A DNA stretch of 53,266 bases, taken from assembly GCA_947631025.1 (NCBI GenBank), contig CANRKA010000004.1, positions 1 through 53,266 on the forward strand. The letters run 5' to 3'. Shown piece by piece: positions 11,109 to 22,179 of the stretch (positions are counted from its first letter, which is position 1; each line of letters begins with the position of its first letter). Under the pieces are notes generated by a model. The model had not been told where the DNA came from. It worked only from the letters and a program-made list of their open reading frames with translations, and did no database searches. Both the position numbers and the translations under genes were made by a program. The stretch is from an uncultured Clostridia bacterium. GTDB taxonomy: Bacteria > Bacillota > Clostridia > TANB77 > CAG-508.

Positions 11109-11918
11109 TTAATTATATCTTATACTTCTATATTTTACTTTTAATAAAATTTTAAAAATTCCGTCATCTAATGAATAACATCTATGTAATCTAGATAAAT
11201 CTAGCGTTTTGCTTTTGTTTATTTTATTATCTGTTAAATTTTGTATGAATTCTTCTTTTTCTAATCCATCTATAATTTCTTCCTTGTATAATCCACATGG
11301 ATATGTAAATACTTTTATTTGTGTATGACCTAATTTTTGTTCTATTTGTTTATGTGCATTTACAACATCTTGCACCGCTTCATTTTTATTTAACGTATTA
11401 AAATTATTATGGTTGCTACTGTGTGTATTTATTGTAACTAATCCGCTTTTATCTAATTGTTCTAACTGCTCCCAATTCATATATCCTGTTGTTCCTATAC
11501 AATTATTTACTATGTATATATTAACTGGAATATTGTATTTTTTTATTATTTCATATGCAACTTTGTAGTTTCCTTCATACCCATCATCAAAATCTATTAG
11601 GCAAACTCTTTTTGGTAAAGCTATCTCCCCATTTTTATATTTTATCAACTCTTCATAACTTATTACCCTATAATTTAGTTTTAGTAATCCTTTTATTTGT
11701 TTTTCAAATGTTTCTTTGTCTGTTTGCATATAATCATATACAATTTGTTCTTTTTCTTCTACTATATCATGGTATAAAAATATTGGTATTTCTATGTTTT
11801 TTTCACTTATATAATATGTTTTGTTGTATGTTGTAGCTTCATAAATTGCAATTCCAAAAATAAATATTAATATTATAGATATTATTGATATTTTTATTTT
11901 ACGCTTATTATTTTTCAT
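11109..11918 (-). CDS. Polysaccharide deacetylase (CE4/NodB-like) with N-terminal membrane anchor
   Basis: PIFLYH, FDDG, THSSNH, FTYP motifs. Confidence 0.9.
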   Translation of the reverse strand: MKNNKRKIKISIISIILIFIFGIAIYEATTYNKTYYISEKNIEIPIFLYHDIVEEKEQIVYDYMQTDKETFEKQIKGLLKLNYRVISYEELIKYKNGEIALPKRVCLIDFDDGYEGNYKVAYEIIKKYNIPVNIYIVNNCIGTTGYMNWEQLEQLDKSGLVTINTHSSNHNNFNTLNKNEAVQDVVNAHKQIEQKLGHTQIKVFTYPCGLYKEEIIDGLEKEEFIQNLTDNKINKSKTLDLSRLHRCYSLDDGIFKILLKVKYRSIRYN

Positions 11919-11937
11919 TATTTGCTCCTTTATAAAT

Positions 11938-11962
11938 GTAGGGGCACGACGCTTCGTACCCC
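11938..11962 (+). repeat. GTAG-type REP-like hairpin
   Basis: GTAGGGGCACGA-cgct-TCGTACCCC; GC-rich, with no U-tract on the adhE strand. Confidence 0.4.
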
Positions 11963-12036
11963 ACTATATTTGTTCTTTCTTTATCTTTTGTAAATCTTAA
12001 TTAACAATTAGTTATAAAATCTTAATCTGCCTTTAA

Positions 12037-14637
12037 TTATTTAATTTCATTTCCGTAGTATGAATCTATTAATATTTGTTTTAGTTCTGGTATTAGAGGC
12101 AATCTAGGATTTGCTGTTGTGCATTGGTCTTCAAAGGCTCTATCTGCTAACATATCTACTTTATCTAAAAATTCTTGCTCATCTATTCCAGCTTCCTTAA
12201 ATGATTTTGGTATATTTAATTCCTCATTCATTTTTACTACTGCATCTATTAATGAATTTACTCCTTCTTCAACAGTATCTGCTTTTAGTCCCATTTTTTT
12301 AGATATTTGAGAATATTTTTCATTTGCAATAAAGTATTCATATTTTGGGAATGATACAAATTTTGTTGGTTCTTTTGAATTGTATTTTATTACATATGGA
12401 AGTAATATTGCATTTATTCTTCCATGTGGTAAGTGGAATTCTCCTCCTATTTTGTGTGCTAAAGAGTGGTTAACTCCTAAAAATGCATTTGAAAATGCCA
12501 TTCCCGCTATAGTACTTGCATTATGCATTTTTTCCCTTGCTTCTTTATTTGAACCATTGTTATAACATTCTTTTAAGTTCTTAAACACTAATTCTATTGC
12601 TTTTTCTGCTAAAGCATCTGTGTAATCTGATGCCATATTTGATACATATGCTTCTAATGCATGTGTTAATACATCCATTCCTGTATCTGCTGTAATTGAT
12701 TTTGGAAGTGATAATACTAAATTAGGGTCAACTATTGCTACATCTGGTGTTAATTCATAATCTGTTAATGGATATTTCTTATTTTGAACTTTATCTGATA
12801 TTACTGCAAAAGATGTTACTTCAGATCCTGTTCCAGATGTTGTTGGTATTGCAACCATTTTACATTTTTTACCTAATTTAGGGAACTTATATGTTTTCTT
12901 TCTTATATCTAAGAATTTTAATTTCATTCCTTCAACATCTGCTTCTGGGTCTTCATAAAATAACCACATTCCTTTTGCTGCATCTATTGCAGAACCTCCT
13001 CCTAATGCTATTATAACATCTGGCTGAAAGTCATTTATTGCTTCAACTCCTCTTTTTATTGTTTCAAAAGATGGGTCTGGTTCTACACTTGAAAAAATCT
13101 CAGAATGTACATATTGCTGTCTTTTTCTTAAATGATACAAAATTTTATCTACATAGCCTAATTTAACCATCCCTTCATCTGTTACAATGAATGCTTTTGT
13201 TATTTCAGGCATTTTTTCTAAATATTGAATTGCTCCTGCTTCAAAATATATTTTTTCTGGAATTTTAAACCATTGCATATTAACTCTCCTTTTTGCTACT
13301 CTTTTTACATTTATTAAGTTTACACTTGATACATTTGATGTTGTAGAATTCTTTCCATAGCTTCCACAACCAAGTGTTAGTGATGGTAAATTAGTATTAT
13401 AAATGTCTCCTATTCCACCATGTGAAGATGGAGAGTTAACTATTATTCTTCCAACTTTTACTCTTTGGGAAAACTCAGCAATTGTTTCTTCATCTTCTGA
13501 ATGAATTACAGCAGAATGTCCAAGTCCTCCATTTTCTAGTAATTTTTCTGCTTTTAAAATTCCGTCCTCTTTGTTTTCTACTATATAATAAGCTAAAACT
13601 GGACTAAGTTTTTCTTTTGAAAATGGATACTCCTGTCCTATTTGTTCTTCATAAACTACTAAGACTTTTGTATCTTCTGGCACCTCAAATCCTGCTTGTT
13701 TTGCAATATTATATGCACTTTGCCCTGGTATTTTGGAATTTAATTTTCCATCTTGAAACATTGCTTGTTCAAGCATTTTCTTTTCTTCATTACTTACAAA
13801 ATAGCTTCCTGCTTCTCTCATTAAGCTTTCAAATTCTTTATATATATCTTTATCCACTAAAACTGCTTGTTCAGATGCACAAATCATTCCATTATCAAAT
13901 GATTTAGACATAACCAAATCATTTACAGAAGTTTTTAATTTTGCCGTTTTATCTATATAACAAGGAACATTTCCAGGTCCAACTCCTAATGCTGGTTTTC
14001 CACATGAATATGCAGCTTTTACCATACCTGTTCCACCTGTTGCTAATATTAAATCAACTGAAGGATGATTCATTAGCATACTTGTAGCAGTAATAGAAGG
14101 TTCCTCTATCCATAAAATACAATTTTCTGGTGCACCTGCTTTTATAGCTGCATCTCTAACAATTTTAGCGGCCTCTTTACTACATTCTTGTGCAGATGGA
14201 TGAAATCCAAAAATTATAACATTTCTAGTTTTTGCAGCTATCATAGACTTAAAAATTACAGTTGAAGTTGGATTTGTAACAGGAGTAACACCTGCAATAA
14301 TTCCAATTGGCTCTGCAATTTTCACAAAACCTTCCTCTTCATTATCTTCAATTACACCGACTGTCTTATCATATTTTATACTATGATAAATATAATCTGT
14401 AGCAAATAAGTTTTTAGTAATTTTATCCTCATAAACTCCCCTATTTGTCTCTTCTACAGCCATTTTTGCAAGTTTCATATGATTTTCTATTCCTGCCATA
14501 GACATTGCTTTTATAATATTATTAACTTGCTCTTGTGTTAATTTCATATATTCTTTAGATGCTATTTTAGCCTTTTCAACTAAGTCATCTATCATATTTT
14601 TTATCTCTTGTTCTTCATTATTATCTATCTCAGACAT
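12037..14637 (-). CDS. adhE: Bifunctional acetaldehyde-CoA/alcohol dehydrogenase
   Basis: ALDH domain ([12 protein letters not shown]) fused to Fe-ADH domain ([24 protein letters not shown]); 866 aa. Confidence 0.97.
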   Translation of the reverse strand: MSEIDNNEEQEIKNMIDDLVEKAKIASKEYMKLTQEQVNNIIKAMSMAGIENHMKLAKMAVEETNRGVYEDKITKNLFATDYIYHSIKYDKTVGVIEDNEEEGFVKIAEPIGIIAGVTPVTNPTSTVIFKSMIAAKTRNVIIFGFHPSAQECSKEAAKIVRDAAIKAGAPENCILWIEEPSITATSMLMNHPSVDLILATGGTGMVKAAYSCGKPALGVGPGNVPCYIDKTAKLKTSVNDLVMSKSFDNGMICASEQAVLVDKDIYKEFESLMREAGSYFVSNEEKKMLEQAMFQDGKLNSKIPGQSAYNIAKQAGFEVPEDTKVLVVYEEQIGQEYPFSKEKLSPVLAYYIVENKEDGILKAEKLLENGGLGHSAVIHSEDEETIAEFSQRVKVGRIIVNSPSSHGGIGDIYNTNLPSLTLGCGSYGKNSTTSNVSSVNLINVKRVAKRRVNMQWFKIPEKIYFEAGAIQYLEKMPEITKAFIVTDEGMVKLGYVDKILYHLRKRQQYVHSEIFSSVEPDPSFETIKRGVEAINDFQPDVIIALGGGSAIDAAKGMWLFYEDPEADVEGMKLKFLDIRKKTYKFPKLGKKCKMVAIPTTSGTGSEVTSFAVISDKVQNKKYPLTDYELTPDVAIVDPNLVLSLPKSITADTGMDVLTHALEAYVSNMASDYTDALAEKAIELVFKNLKECYNNGSNKEAREKMHNASTIAGMAFSNAFLGVNHSLAHKIGGEFHLPHGRINAILLPYVIKYNSKEPTKFVSFPKYEYFIANEKYSQISKKMGLKADTVEEGVNSLIDAVVKMNEELNIPKSFKEAGIDEQEFLDKVDMLADRAFEDQCTTANPRLPLIPELKQILIDSYYGNEIK

Positions 14638-14711
14638 ACTTTCCTCCTTTGTGTTATTCTATGTAAATATTATATATTATATCCAAATATTGTCAATAAA
14701 TTTTTACTATT

Positions 14712-15611
14712 TTATCTATCTATATCTTCATTATCAATTTCTTCTTTTATAGCTTTTTGTTTTTCCCTTTTTAGTAACTCGTATTTGCATGATTCTCTTA
14801 TAGATTTATTATATACACTAGTTTCTATAATTTTTCTTGCTGTTTCATAATCAAAAATTTCTTGACTATGCAATTGTAAAATAACTTTCGATTTTTTTCT
14901 TTCTAACCCTTTTTCACCATAAACACTTTCCATTATTTTGGCTGTTAAGAGTTGCTTTCCTTCATTTCTTAGTAATTCGTATGATGAATTAAATCTTTCA
15001 TATCTTACTTTTTCCTCAAATTTACTATTTTTATTTAAACAATTTTCTAAAACTTTTAACCTAGAATCTTCTTTTTCTAAGCAATTCATTAAATCCTTCA
15101 CATGCATCACTGTTCCAGACGATAAATAATTAAAAATCAACTTAGAACTTATAATATCTATTTTCTCATCTTCATATTTTTTCTCGCCTTTTTTGTCATT
15201 TATTTTAGATAATATCTCTGATATTTCAAAGTCTGATAGCTCCTTTACAAATTTTTTTACCATTTTTATTTTTTTATCGTAATTATTTATGTTTGAAATT
15301 GTAGTGCATAATATATTATCTTGTTCATTATTTATATGGTCTATATCTTTATTTAATAAATTTAAAATATCATCATCTTTTAATGTTTTTATAATTCTAT
15401 TTAATATTTCTTTACTATTTATTTTATCTATATTTTTTTCAAGAGCTTGTGCTCTTTTGCCTTTATCGTCTATACTTAAAATTATTTCTCCTATTGTCTC
15501 ATCTTCTTTTATATCTTTTATAATTTTTATTTTTTTTGTATCATCAGCTTTTAATATTTCTCTTTTTTGTTTTTTCCTTTTTGCTAATTTTAATAAATCC
15601 AAAATTTTCAC
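14712..15611 (-). CDS. Hypothetical helical protein
   Basis: 299-aa K/I/E-rich ORF, GTG start; no recognised motif. Confidence 0.7.
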   Translation of the reverse strand: MKILDLLKLAKRKKQKREILKADDTKKIKIIKDIKEDETIGEIILSIDDKGKRAQALEKNIDKINSKEILNRIIKTLKDDDILNLLNKDIDHINNEQDNILCTTISNINNYDKKIKMVKKFVKELSDFEISEILSKINDKKGEKKYEDEKIDIISSKLIFNYLSSGTVMHVKDLMNCLEKEDSRLKVLENCLNKNSKFEEKVRYERFNSSYELLRNEGKQLLTAKIMESVYGEKGLERKKSKVILQLHSQEIFDYETARKIIETSVYNKSIRESCKYELLKREKQKAIKEEIDNEDIDR

Positions 15612-15660
15612 CTCTTTGTTATTATATATTAAAAAATTACTATATTCAAGTAACCTAAAA

Positions 15661-15704
15661 AAATAGATTACCTAAATAAATATTTTCTTAGGTAATCTTA
15701 TTTT
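15661..15704 (-). terminator. Probable terminator hairpin
   Basis: AGATTACCTAA...TTAGGTAATCT downstream of the M23 gene. Confidence 0.55.
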
Positions 15705-15711
15705 TAAAATT

Positions 15712-16707
15712 TTATTTATATAAATACTTTTGTGGGTTTACTGGACTTCCATTAATTCTTATTTCGAAGTGTAAATGTGACCCTGTTGAGTTTCCAGTTG
15801 AACCAACTGCAGCTATAACATCTCCAGCTTCAACTTTTTGGCCAGCTTTTACATATATTTTACTGCAGTGTGCATACCAAGTTTGTACTCCGTTTCCATG
15901 GTCGACTTTTACTAAATTTCCATAAGTTCCTTTATTTTCAGCAAATATAACCTTACCACTACTACATACCTTTATTGGTGTACCAGTTTTTGTAGCAATA
16001 TCTAACCCTGTATGTGCAGAACTTCTTATTCTACTATTTTCTGAAAATCTGGAAGTAATACTTCCGGAAACTGGTTTTGCAGCAATTACAACACTATTAA
16101 CAACTGCTATAGCATTTTCCTTTTCCTTTTCTTTAACCTTAATATCAATTTCTTTTTCAGCAATTGGTGTTAATGTTTTAACTGCATTTTCCAAATTAAC
16201 AGTTTGTATATCTTCTTGTGTATAAATTTGCCTTATTCCTATATTTATATAGTTTTCATCTTTACTGTATTGTTCTTTTAATAAATTTACAGTATCTTGA
16301 GCTTCTTGTTCATTTTCCACATAAGCTTTTATATCTTCATTTAGAGTAATTCCATAGGCTGTATATGTTACTATTGAATTTTCTTTTAATGAAGTTATAA
16401 TTTCTTCTTCATTTGTTTGTTGCCTATTTGTAACTAATTTAAATTCATATTCTGGTTCATCGCTTAAAGTTATAAATGCAATTTTTGTATTATCTGTTTT
16501 TTCTATGTTTTCTTTTATTAAATTATTAAATTGAATTTTGTTTTTTACATATCCAATTTCTTTATTATTTATTTCAACTTTATATAAAGGTTTATATTTA
16601 ATTAAGATTAAACCAATTAAAAGAATTAGAGCAATTAAAACTATTTTTGCTATTCTAAGTACTTCTTTTGTGCAATGTTTAATTCTTATTTTTAAAATAT
16701 AATTCAC
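15712..16707 (-). CDS. M23 family metallopeptidase with N-terminal TM anchor (start uncertain)
   Basis: HTGLD, TWYAHC, GSTGNSTGSHLHFE motifs. Confidence 0.9.
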   Translation of the reverse strand: MNYILKIRIKHCTKEVLRIAKIVLIALILLIGLILIKYKPLYKVEINNKEIGYVKNKIQFNNLIKENIEKTDNTKIAFITLSDEPEYEFKLVTNRQQTNEEEIITSLKENSIVTYTAYGITLNEDIKAYVENEQEAQDTVNLLKEQYSKDENYINIGIRQIYTQEDIQTVNLENAVKTLTPIAEKEIDIKVKEKEKENAIAVVNSVVIAAKPVSGSITSRFSENSRIRSSAHTGLDIATKTGTPIKVCSSGKVIFAENKGTYGNLVKVDHGNGVQTWYAHCSKIYVKAGQKVEAGDVIAAVGSTGNSTGSHLHFEIRINGSPVNPQKYLYK

Positions 16708-16943
16708 TCTCCTTTTTCCTTTATTTATATGCACAGCCAAAATCTATTATACTACATATTATTTACAATTTCAAATTATGTATACTAAATTATTTGCAAA
16801 ATTGAATAATTTTACAAATAATGAATTATGTTAAATTAATTTTCATTCTTATTTTCTTAATTATTCTCTTTTTTTCTTAATTTTTCTTCAATTTTTAATT
16901 TTCATAAGTTACAATCCATATTTGCAAGTTTGTATTTTAAAGC

Positions 16944-16975
16944 AACAAAAAAATGACCCGAAGGTCATTTTTGTT
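16944..16975 (-). terminator. Rho-independent terminator of spoVG
   Basis: AAAAATGACC-cgaa-GGTCATTTTT. Confidence 0.8.
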
Positions 16976-16984
16976 ATTTCATTC

Positions 16985-17251
16985 TTATTCTGCTGATTCT
17001 TCTTCTGGAGCATTATAAGCTTCTAATATAGCAGCTTGTATTTTTTCTCTAGTTTCAGCATTAATTGGATGAGCTATGTCTTTGAATTCTCCGTTTGGAG
17101 TTTTTTTACTTGGCATAGCGATGAATAATCCATCTTTTTCAATAACTTTGATATCATGAACTACGAATTCGTTATCAAATGTTACAGAAGCAACAGCTTT
17201 CATTCTGTTTTCTGAATTAACTTTTCTTAAACGTACATCTGTTATTTCCAT
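16985..17251 (-). CDS. spoVG: Septation regulator SpoVG
   Basis: [10 protein letters not shown]...[21 protein letters not shown]...FIAMPS...FKDIAHPIN. Confidence 0.97.
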   Translation of the reverse strand: MEITDVRLRKVNSENRMKAVASVTFDNEFVVHDIKVIEKDGLFIAMPSKKTPNGEFKDIAHPINAETREKIQAAILEAYNAPEEESAE

Positions 17252-17552
17252 TTTATGTACCACCTTTCAATGTTTTATATTTTGTACATTTATCTTATGT
17301 ACAATATTATAATTCGCCAAAAAAATATTTTTTCCTTCTTATTTTTTACAAATATTAAAAATTTATTCACAAAAAAAATTTTTTTTAATAAAATGTTAGA
17401 AATTGGAGATTGAAAGTGATAAGTAATAAACTTTATATGGTCTATAATAAATGAAATTTTTATAACATAAAAAATTTATAATTGTGATTGTAAATTTTTA
17501 TTTTTTATTGTATAATTTGATTAATTTCAACATAAATTATGGAGGTCTTTTT

Positions 17553-18941
17553 ATGCCTAATATAGATTTAATAAAAAAATATAAAAGAATACATATGATA
17601 GGAATTGGTGGAGTTAGTATGAGCGGTATTGCTGAAATACTAAATTATTTTGGCATTACAGTTACAGGTACAGATATGTATTTTCCATCTGAAATAACTA
17701 ATAAATTAATTCAAAATAATATAAATGTAACAGCTAGTCCTAATTATGAAAATATTTCAAAAGCTGACGCTGTTGTATATACTGCAGCAATAAAAGATAC
17801 AGATCCAGAAATAGTAAAAGCTAAGGAACTTAATATTCCTACTATAGAAAGAAGTGACTTTTTAGGAATGCTTACAAAAGCTTTCAATGATACTATTGGA
17901 ATTTCTGGTACACATGGAAAAACAACAACAACTTCTATGATATCATTATGCTTTATAGAAGCCGGTTTAGACCCAAATATACAAGTAGGTGCTGAACTTA
18001 AACAAATTGGTGGAAATTATAGAATTGGTAATAGTGAACATTTTATTATAGAAGCTTGTGAATATGTAGAAAGCTTTTTAAAATTTTATCCTAAAGCTGA
18101 AGTTATTTTAAATATAGATAACGACCATTTAGATTATTTTAAAAATTTTGAAAATATAAAAAAGGCATTTATTAAATATGTACATATTATTCCAGAAGAC
18201 GGCTTACTTGTGGTAAATGGTGATGATAGTAATTGTTTAGATTTATTAAAAGAAACAAATGCAAAAGCAATTACCTATGGAATAACAAATAAAAATACAG
18301 ATTTTTTTGCTGTTAATATTTCATTTGACAATGATGGTTTTCCAGAATTTGACGTTTATAAACATGATAAGTTTTATGAAAGAATTAAATTATATGTACC
18401 TGGAATGCACAATGTTTTAAATAGTTTAGCATGTATTGCTTTAAGTGATTCTTACGGAATTACAAAAAATGCAATTAAGTCTGGATTATCAAAATTTAAA
18501 GGTGTTAATAGAAGATTTGAATATAAAGGAAAAATAAATGGTGCTAGTATATATGATGATTATGGTCATCATCCTACAGAAATAGTTGCAACAAGTAAAG
18601 CATTAATGAATAAAAAATATAATAAATCTTGGGTTGTGTTCCAACCACATACATATAGTAGAACAAAAAGCTTGCTTAATGATTTTGTTCATGCCTTATT
18701 AAATTTTGATAATATTATTGTTGTTGATATATATGCAGCAAGAGAGCAAAATACGTTTAATATATCTTCTAAAGATTTAGTTCAAAAATTAATAGAAGCA
18801 GGAGCCAATGCAAAATATATTCCAGAATTTGACGAGACAGTTAAGTTTCTAAAAGAAAACGTTAAAGAAAATGATATTGTTTTAACTTTAGGTGCAGGTA
18901 CAATTACTAAAATTGGTCCAATGCTAAAAGATGCAGATTAA
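17553..18941 (+). CDS. murC: UDP-N-acetylmuramate--L-alanine ligase
   Basis: GIGGVSMSGIA, GTHGKTTTT, DDYGHHPTE, FQPHTYSRT; GGAGG RBS before ATG 17553. Confidence 0.96.
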   Translation: MPNIDLIKKYKRIHMIGIGGVSMSGIAEILNYFGITVTGTDMYFPSEITNKLIQNNINVTASPNYENISKADAVVYTAAIKDTDPEIVKAKELNIPTIERSDFLGMLTKAFNDTIGISGTHGKTTTTSMISLCFIEAGLDPNIQVGAELKQIGGNYRIGNSEHFIIEACEYVESFLKFYPKAEVILNIDNDHLDYFKNFENIKKAFIKYVHIIPEDGLLVVNGDDSNCLDLLKETNAKAITYGITNKNTDFFAVNISFDNDGFPEFDVYKHDKFYERIKLYVPGMHNVLNSLACIALSDSYGITKNAIKSGLSKFKGVNRRFEYKGKINGASIYDDYGHHPTEIVATSKALMNKKYNKSWVVFQPHTYSRTKSLLNDFVHALLNFDNIIVVDIYAAREQNTFNISSKDLVQKLIEAGANAKYIPEFDETVKFLKENVKENDIVLTLGAGTITKIGPMLKDAD

Positions 18942-18955
18942 TCTGCATCTTTTTT
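18926..18955. terminator. Bidirectional terminator between convergent genes
   Basis: AAAAGATGCAGAT-ta-ATCTGCATCTTTT overlapping the murC stop. Confidence 0.7.
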
Positions 18956-20676
18956 TATTGTTCACTATTAAATTCAGTAAATCCTAATATTTGATTTTTA
19001 TTATTATTTAAACTTGCTTTTTTTGCTAATTCTATTTGTTTATTCTTAAGTTTTTTTATCATATCATCTAATTCTTTATTATATATAGTATCTGCAGCAT
19101 CTTTTACTTGATTATCTTTAATTTCTTTATATATATTAGAATTATTAGTATCATTAGCATCGTTAGTATCTTGATTAAATTGTAAATTACTGTTTGCTTC
19201 TCTAAGAATATTATTATTATATATTTGATTATCCAATTTTTTCTTAATAAGCTTTTCTTGGAATTTCATATTATTTTCATAATATCTTAATTTACTTTCT
19301 ATTAATTTTGAAAATTTACTTTCTATTGCCTTTGTTTTCTTTTCGATTATATCTTCTATTTGTAATTCTTGTAAGCCCTCTAATGAGTTAATATCTAAAT
19401 ATTTGTCTTCAATTTTTGCTACTACATTTAGTACAGCTTGCAATTGTGCATCTATTGCATTTACAGATACTTCTAAGTTTTCAATTTGTTCTAAAGTATT
19501 ATCTTGTTCTTCTTTTATTATATCAATTTGATTTTGCAAATTTTTTATAGATTCTTCATATTGATTAAATCTATTATTTATTATTTCTTCTTTGTTTATG
19601 CTGTTTTCATTTATCTTCTTAATATTATTTGTAATATTTTCTATTGTTTCATTATAATTTAGGTCCTTTATACTGCTTTCTATTTTATTAGATAAATTTT
19701 CTTCTGTTTGAATAATTTTTTCTAAACTTAAATTTTTATTTTCATCTAAATTCTTAATACTATTTTTTATATTTTCATAATCTATATTTTCAAGTTTCTC
19801 TTGTATTTCTTTTCTTATAATATTTTCTGTTTGTTGTATTTTGTTTTCTGTATTTTCTATTTTTTCTTGAATATTTTCATTTATTTCTTTTATGTTATTA
19901 CTAAAGCTTTTTGTTATTTCGTTTAAATTAATATCACCTATTTGTTTATTTATTTCTTCTTTTAAATTATTTTTTAAATCTTCTATACTTTTTTTGTTAT
20001 TATCTATTTCTTGAATATTATTTTTTTCTAATTTTAGAATAGAATTATTTAAATTTTGTATTGTTTCTTCATAATTTAGTTTCTGTAATTTTAAATTAAT
20101 TTCATTTTCTAAATTTTGAATTCTATCATCTATTTCTTTTTTATTTAATTGCAATGTTTTTATAGTTTTTTCTTGTTTACCTATTGCTGTTCTGCTTCTA
20201 CCGTCTTTAGCTATATCCTCTAATCTTTGTTTTAATTCTTCGATATATTCTTCTGTCTCTTTTTTAACTCTTTCTTCTGCAAATTTAGAATTTTCTAATA
20301 TTGTTTCTAATTCTTTAGCCTTTTCTTCGTTAAATTTTTTAAATTTTTCCTTTTCTTCTCCTAAACTTTTTTCTAATTCAACTTGTACCTTATAAGAAAT
20401 TTTATTAAGTTCTATATCTAATTTTTCTTTATCTTTAACACTGTTTCTTAAGTTTTCTAATTCAATTTTAATATTTTCTATATCTTTAGCATATTTATTA
20501 TCTGATAAATTTTCTCCAAATCTTAGAGAAAAACAATCTTCTATTTTATTAATACATTTTTCAATATCTTCTATTTTAGAATCAAAAACTTTTTTTTGAT
20601 AGTTATATATTTTTTCGACATCATCTTTTTTCATATATTCATCTAAATCTGTTTTTATTCTCATATTTTTCTCCAT
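18955..20676 (-). CDS. Long coiled-coil hypothetical protein with degenerate internal repeats
   Basis: 573 aa, E/K/N/I rich; repeats such as LNYEETIQNLNNSI and LNYNETIENITNNI. Confidence 0.8.
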   Translation of the reverse strand: MEKNMRIKTDLDEYMKKDDVEKIYNYQKKVFDSKIEDIEKCINKIEDCFSLRFGENLSDNKYAKDIENIKIELENLRNSVKDKEKLDIELNKISYKVQVELEKSLGEEKEKFKKFNEEKAKELETILENSKFAEERVKKETEEYIEELKQRLEDIAKDGRSRTAIGKQEKTIKTLQLNKKEIDDRIQNLENEINLKLQKLNYEETIQNLNNSILKLEKNNIQEIDNNKKSIEDLKNNLKEEINKQIGDINLNEITKSFSNNIKEINENIQEKIENTENKIQQTENIIRKEIQEKLENIDYENIKNSIKNLDENKNLSLEKIIQTEENLSNKIESSIKDLNYNETIENITNNIKKINENSINKEEIINNRFNQYEESIKNLQNQIDIIKEEQDNTLEQIENLEVSVNAIDAQLQAVLNVVAKIEDKYLDINSLEGLQELQIEDIIEKKTKAIESKFSKLIESKLRYYENNMKFQEKLIKKKLDNQIYNNNILREANSNLQFNQDTNDANDTNNSNIYKEIKDNQVKDAADTIYNKELDDMIKKLKNKQIELAKKASLNNNKNQILGFTEFNSEQ

Positions 20677-20840
20677 TTAAATTTATTTTTCCACATTTAT
20701 TTTATACTTTTATTAATAAAAAATCAATAATTTTTTTGTGATTTTTTGTATTATTTTTTGCGGATTTTTTTAAGTGATGCCCTCCACATACATTTGACGT
20801 AAAAAGCATATTATATGTGTGATGTAGGATTTAGATAATT

Positions 20841-22116
20841 TTACATCATTGTGTGCATTTGCTTTATCATTAAATCTCCAAATACAGCATATCCTGTGCA
20901 AGAATCATTTACTAATACATGTGTTACACATCCTATAAATTTTCCATTTTGAATAATTGGGCTTCCGCTCATTCCTTGTATTATTCCACCTGTTTTTTCT
21001 ATTAATCTTTCATCTGTTACTTTTATAAGCATACTTTTATTATCTGAATTATTATTATAGTATACTTTTTCTACTTGTATTTCGTATTCTTCTTTTTTTC
21101 CGTTTTCCAAAGTACATATAACTTTTGCCCCACCAGTTTTTATTTCATTCCTTGTTGCTACTTCTATTGTATCGTTTTTATTTACTCCAAGTGCAGTTAA
21201 ATTATCTAGTTTTCCATATATTCCTAAAGGAGTATTTGTATAAATTTCTCCAACTGTAGTTCCTGTTTCTATACTTCCTTTTATTTCTCCTGGCTTACCA
21301 TTTTCACCTTTTACAATAGATATAATCTTGCTTGTAACTAACTGTCCTTTTCCTATATCTATTAATTTATTTGTATCTACATCTAATATTCCGTGGCCGA
21401 GTGCTGCAAAGTATCCTGTTTCTGGTTCGTAAAAACTTATTGTTCCTACTCCTGCTGCTGCATCTCTTACCCATAATCCTAACTTATATTCATTTTCTGA
21501 AGTTTCTACTGGCTCTACACTTGTTTCTAATTCTTCATTATTTCTAATATATTTAATATTTATTTTATTTCCGCTTACTTTTATTTACTTTACTTATTAA
21601 ATCATTTGTAGATGTAACAGAATTTTCATTTATTGCAACTATTCTGTCTCCTTCTTCTATCCCAGAATTTTCATATGGTTTATATTTTTTACTATCCATT
21701 CCTTCAATTTCTGACATTCCAACTACTAATACCCCATTTGTATAAAGCTTAGCTCCAACTGTATTTCCACAAAGTACTACACTTTGTTTTGGTATTACAT
21801 TAACTGTTATATCTTTTATTTTTATATTTGCTAATTTAACACCTATATTATAAGTACCTGTTGTTTTAGAAATATCTTCTTGTTGTTGGTAAATAGAATA
21901 ATTTTTTTCTATACCATTTTCATTTATTGTTTTTGCGTCTGTGTAAACTGTTGGTTCATTTTTTTGTGCATATAGCTTTATTCCAAATATTGTTGATAAA
22001 TCTAATTTTTCTCCTTGAAATAAAACAATATTTTTAGGTATATTACTTATATTGCTTACATAAATTAAACACAAAAATAATCCTAAAACTAATAATATTT
22101 TTTTAAAAGTTTTCAT
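20841..22116 (-). CDS. spoIVB: SpoIVB serine peptidase (PDZ + S55), 424 aa with +1 shift at CGG 21571-21573
   Basis: GVLVVG..GIEEGDRI PDZ part; after the shift GNKINIKYIR...LGLWVRDAAAGVGTISF...ALGHGI, continuous to GGIIQGMSGSPIIQNGK. Confidence 0.93.
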
Positions 22117-22179
22117 ACTTTTCTCTCCTATGTATATTATTAGTTTTAGGATTTCCAATTTTTTGTTTTTTATTAAATA

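Noticed and set aside
14641-14711. Rex operator upstream of adhE
   Set aside because: TTGTCAATAAATTTTTAC does not form the expected 18-bp TTGTGAA-N4-TTCACAA-like palindrome.
20786-20814. Sigma-E-like promoter ACATACA-14-CATATTAT pointing antisense into spoIVB
   Set aside because: There is no downstream sense gene, and such matches arise easily by chance at this AT content.
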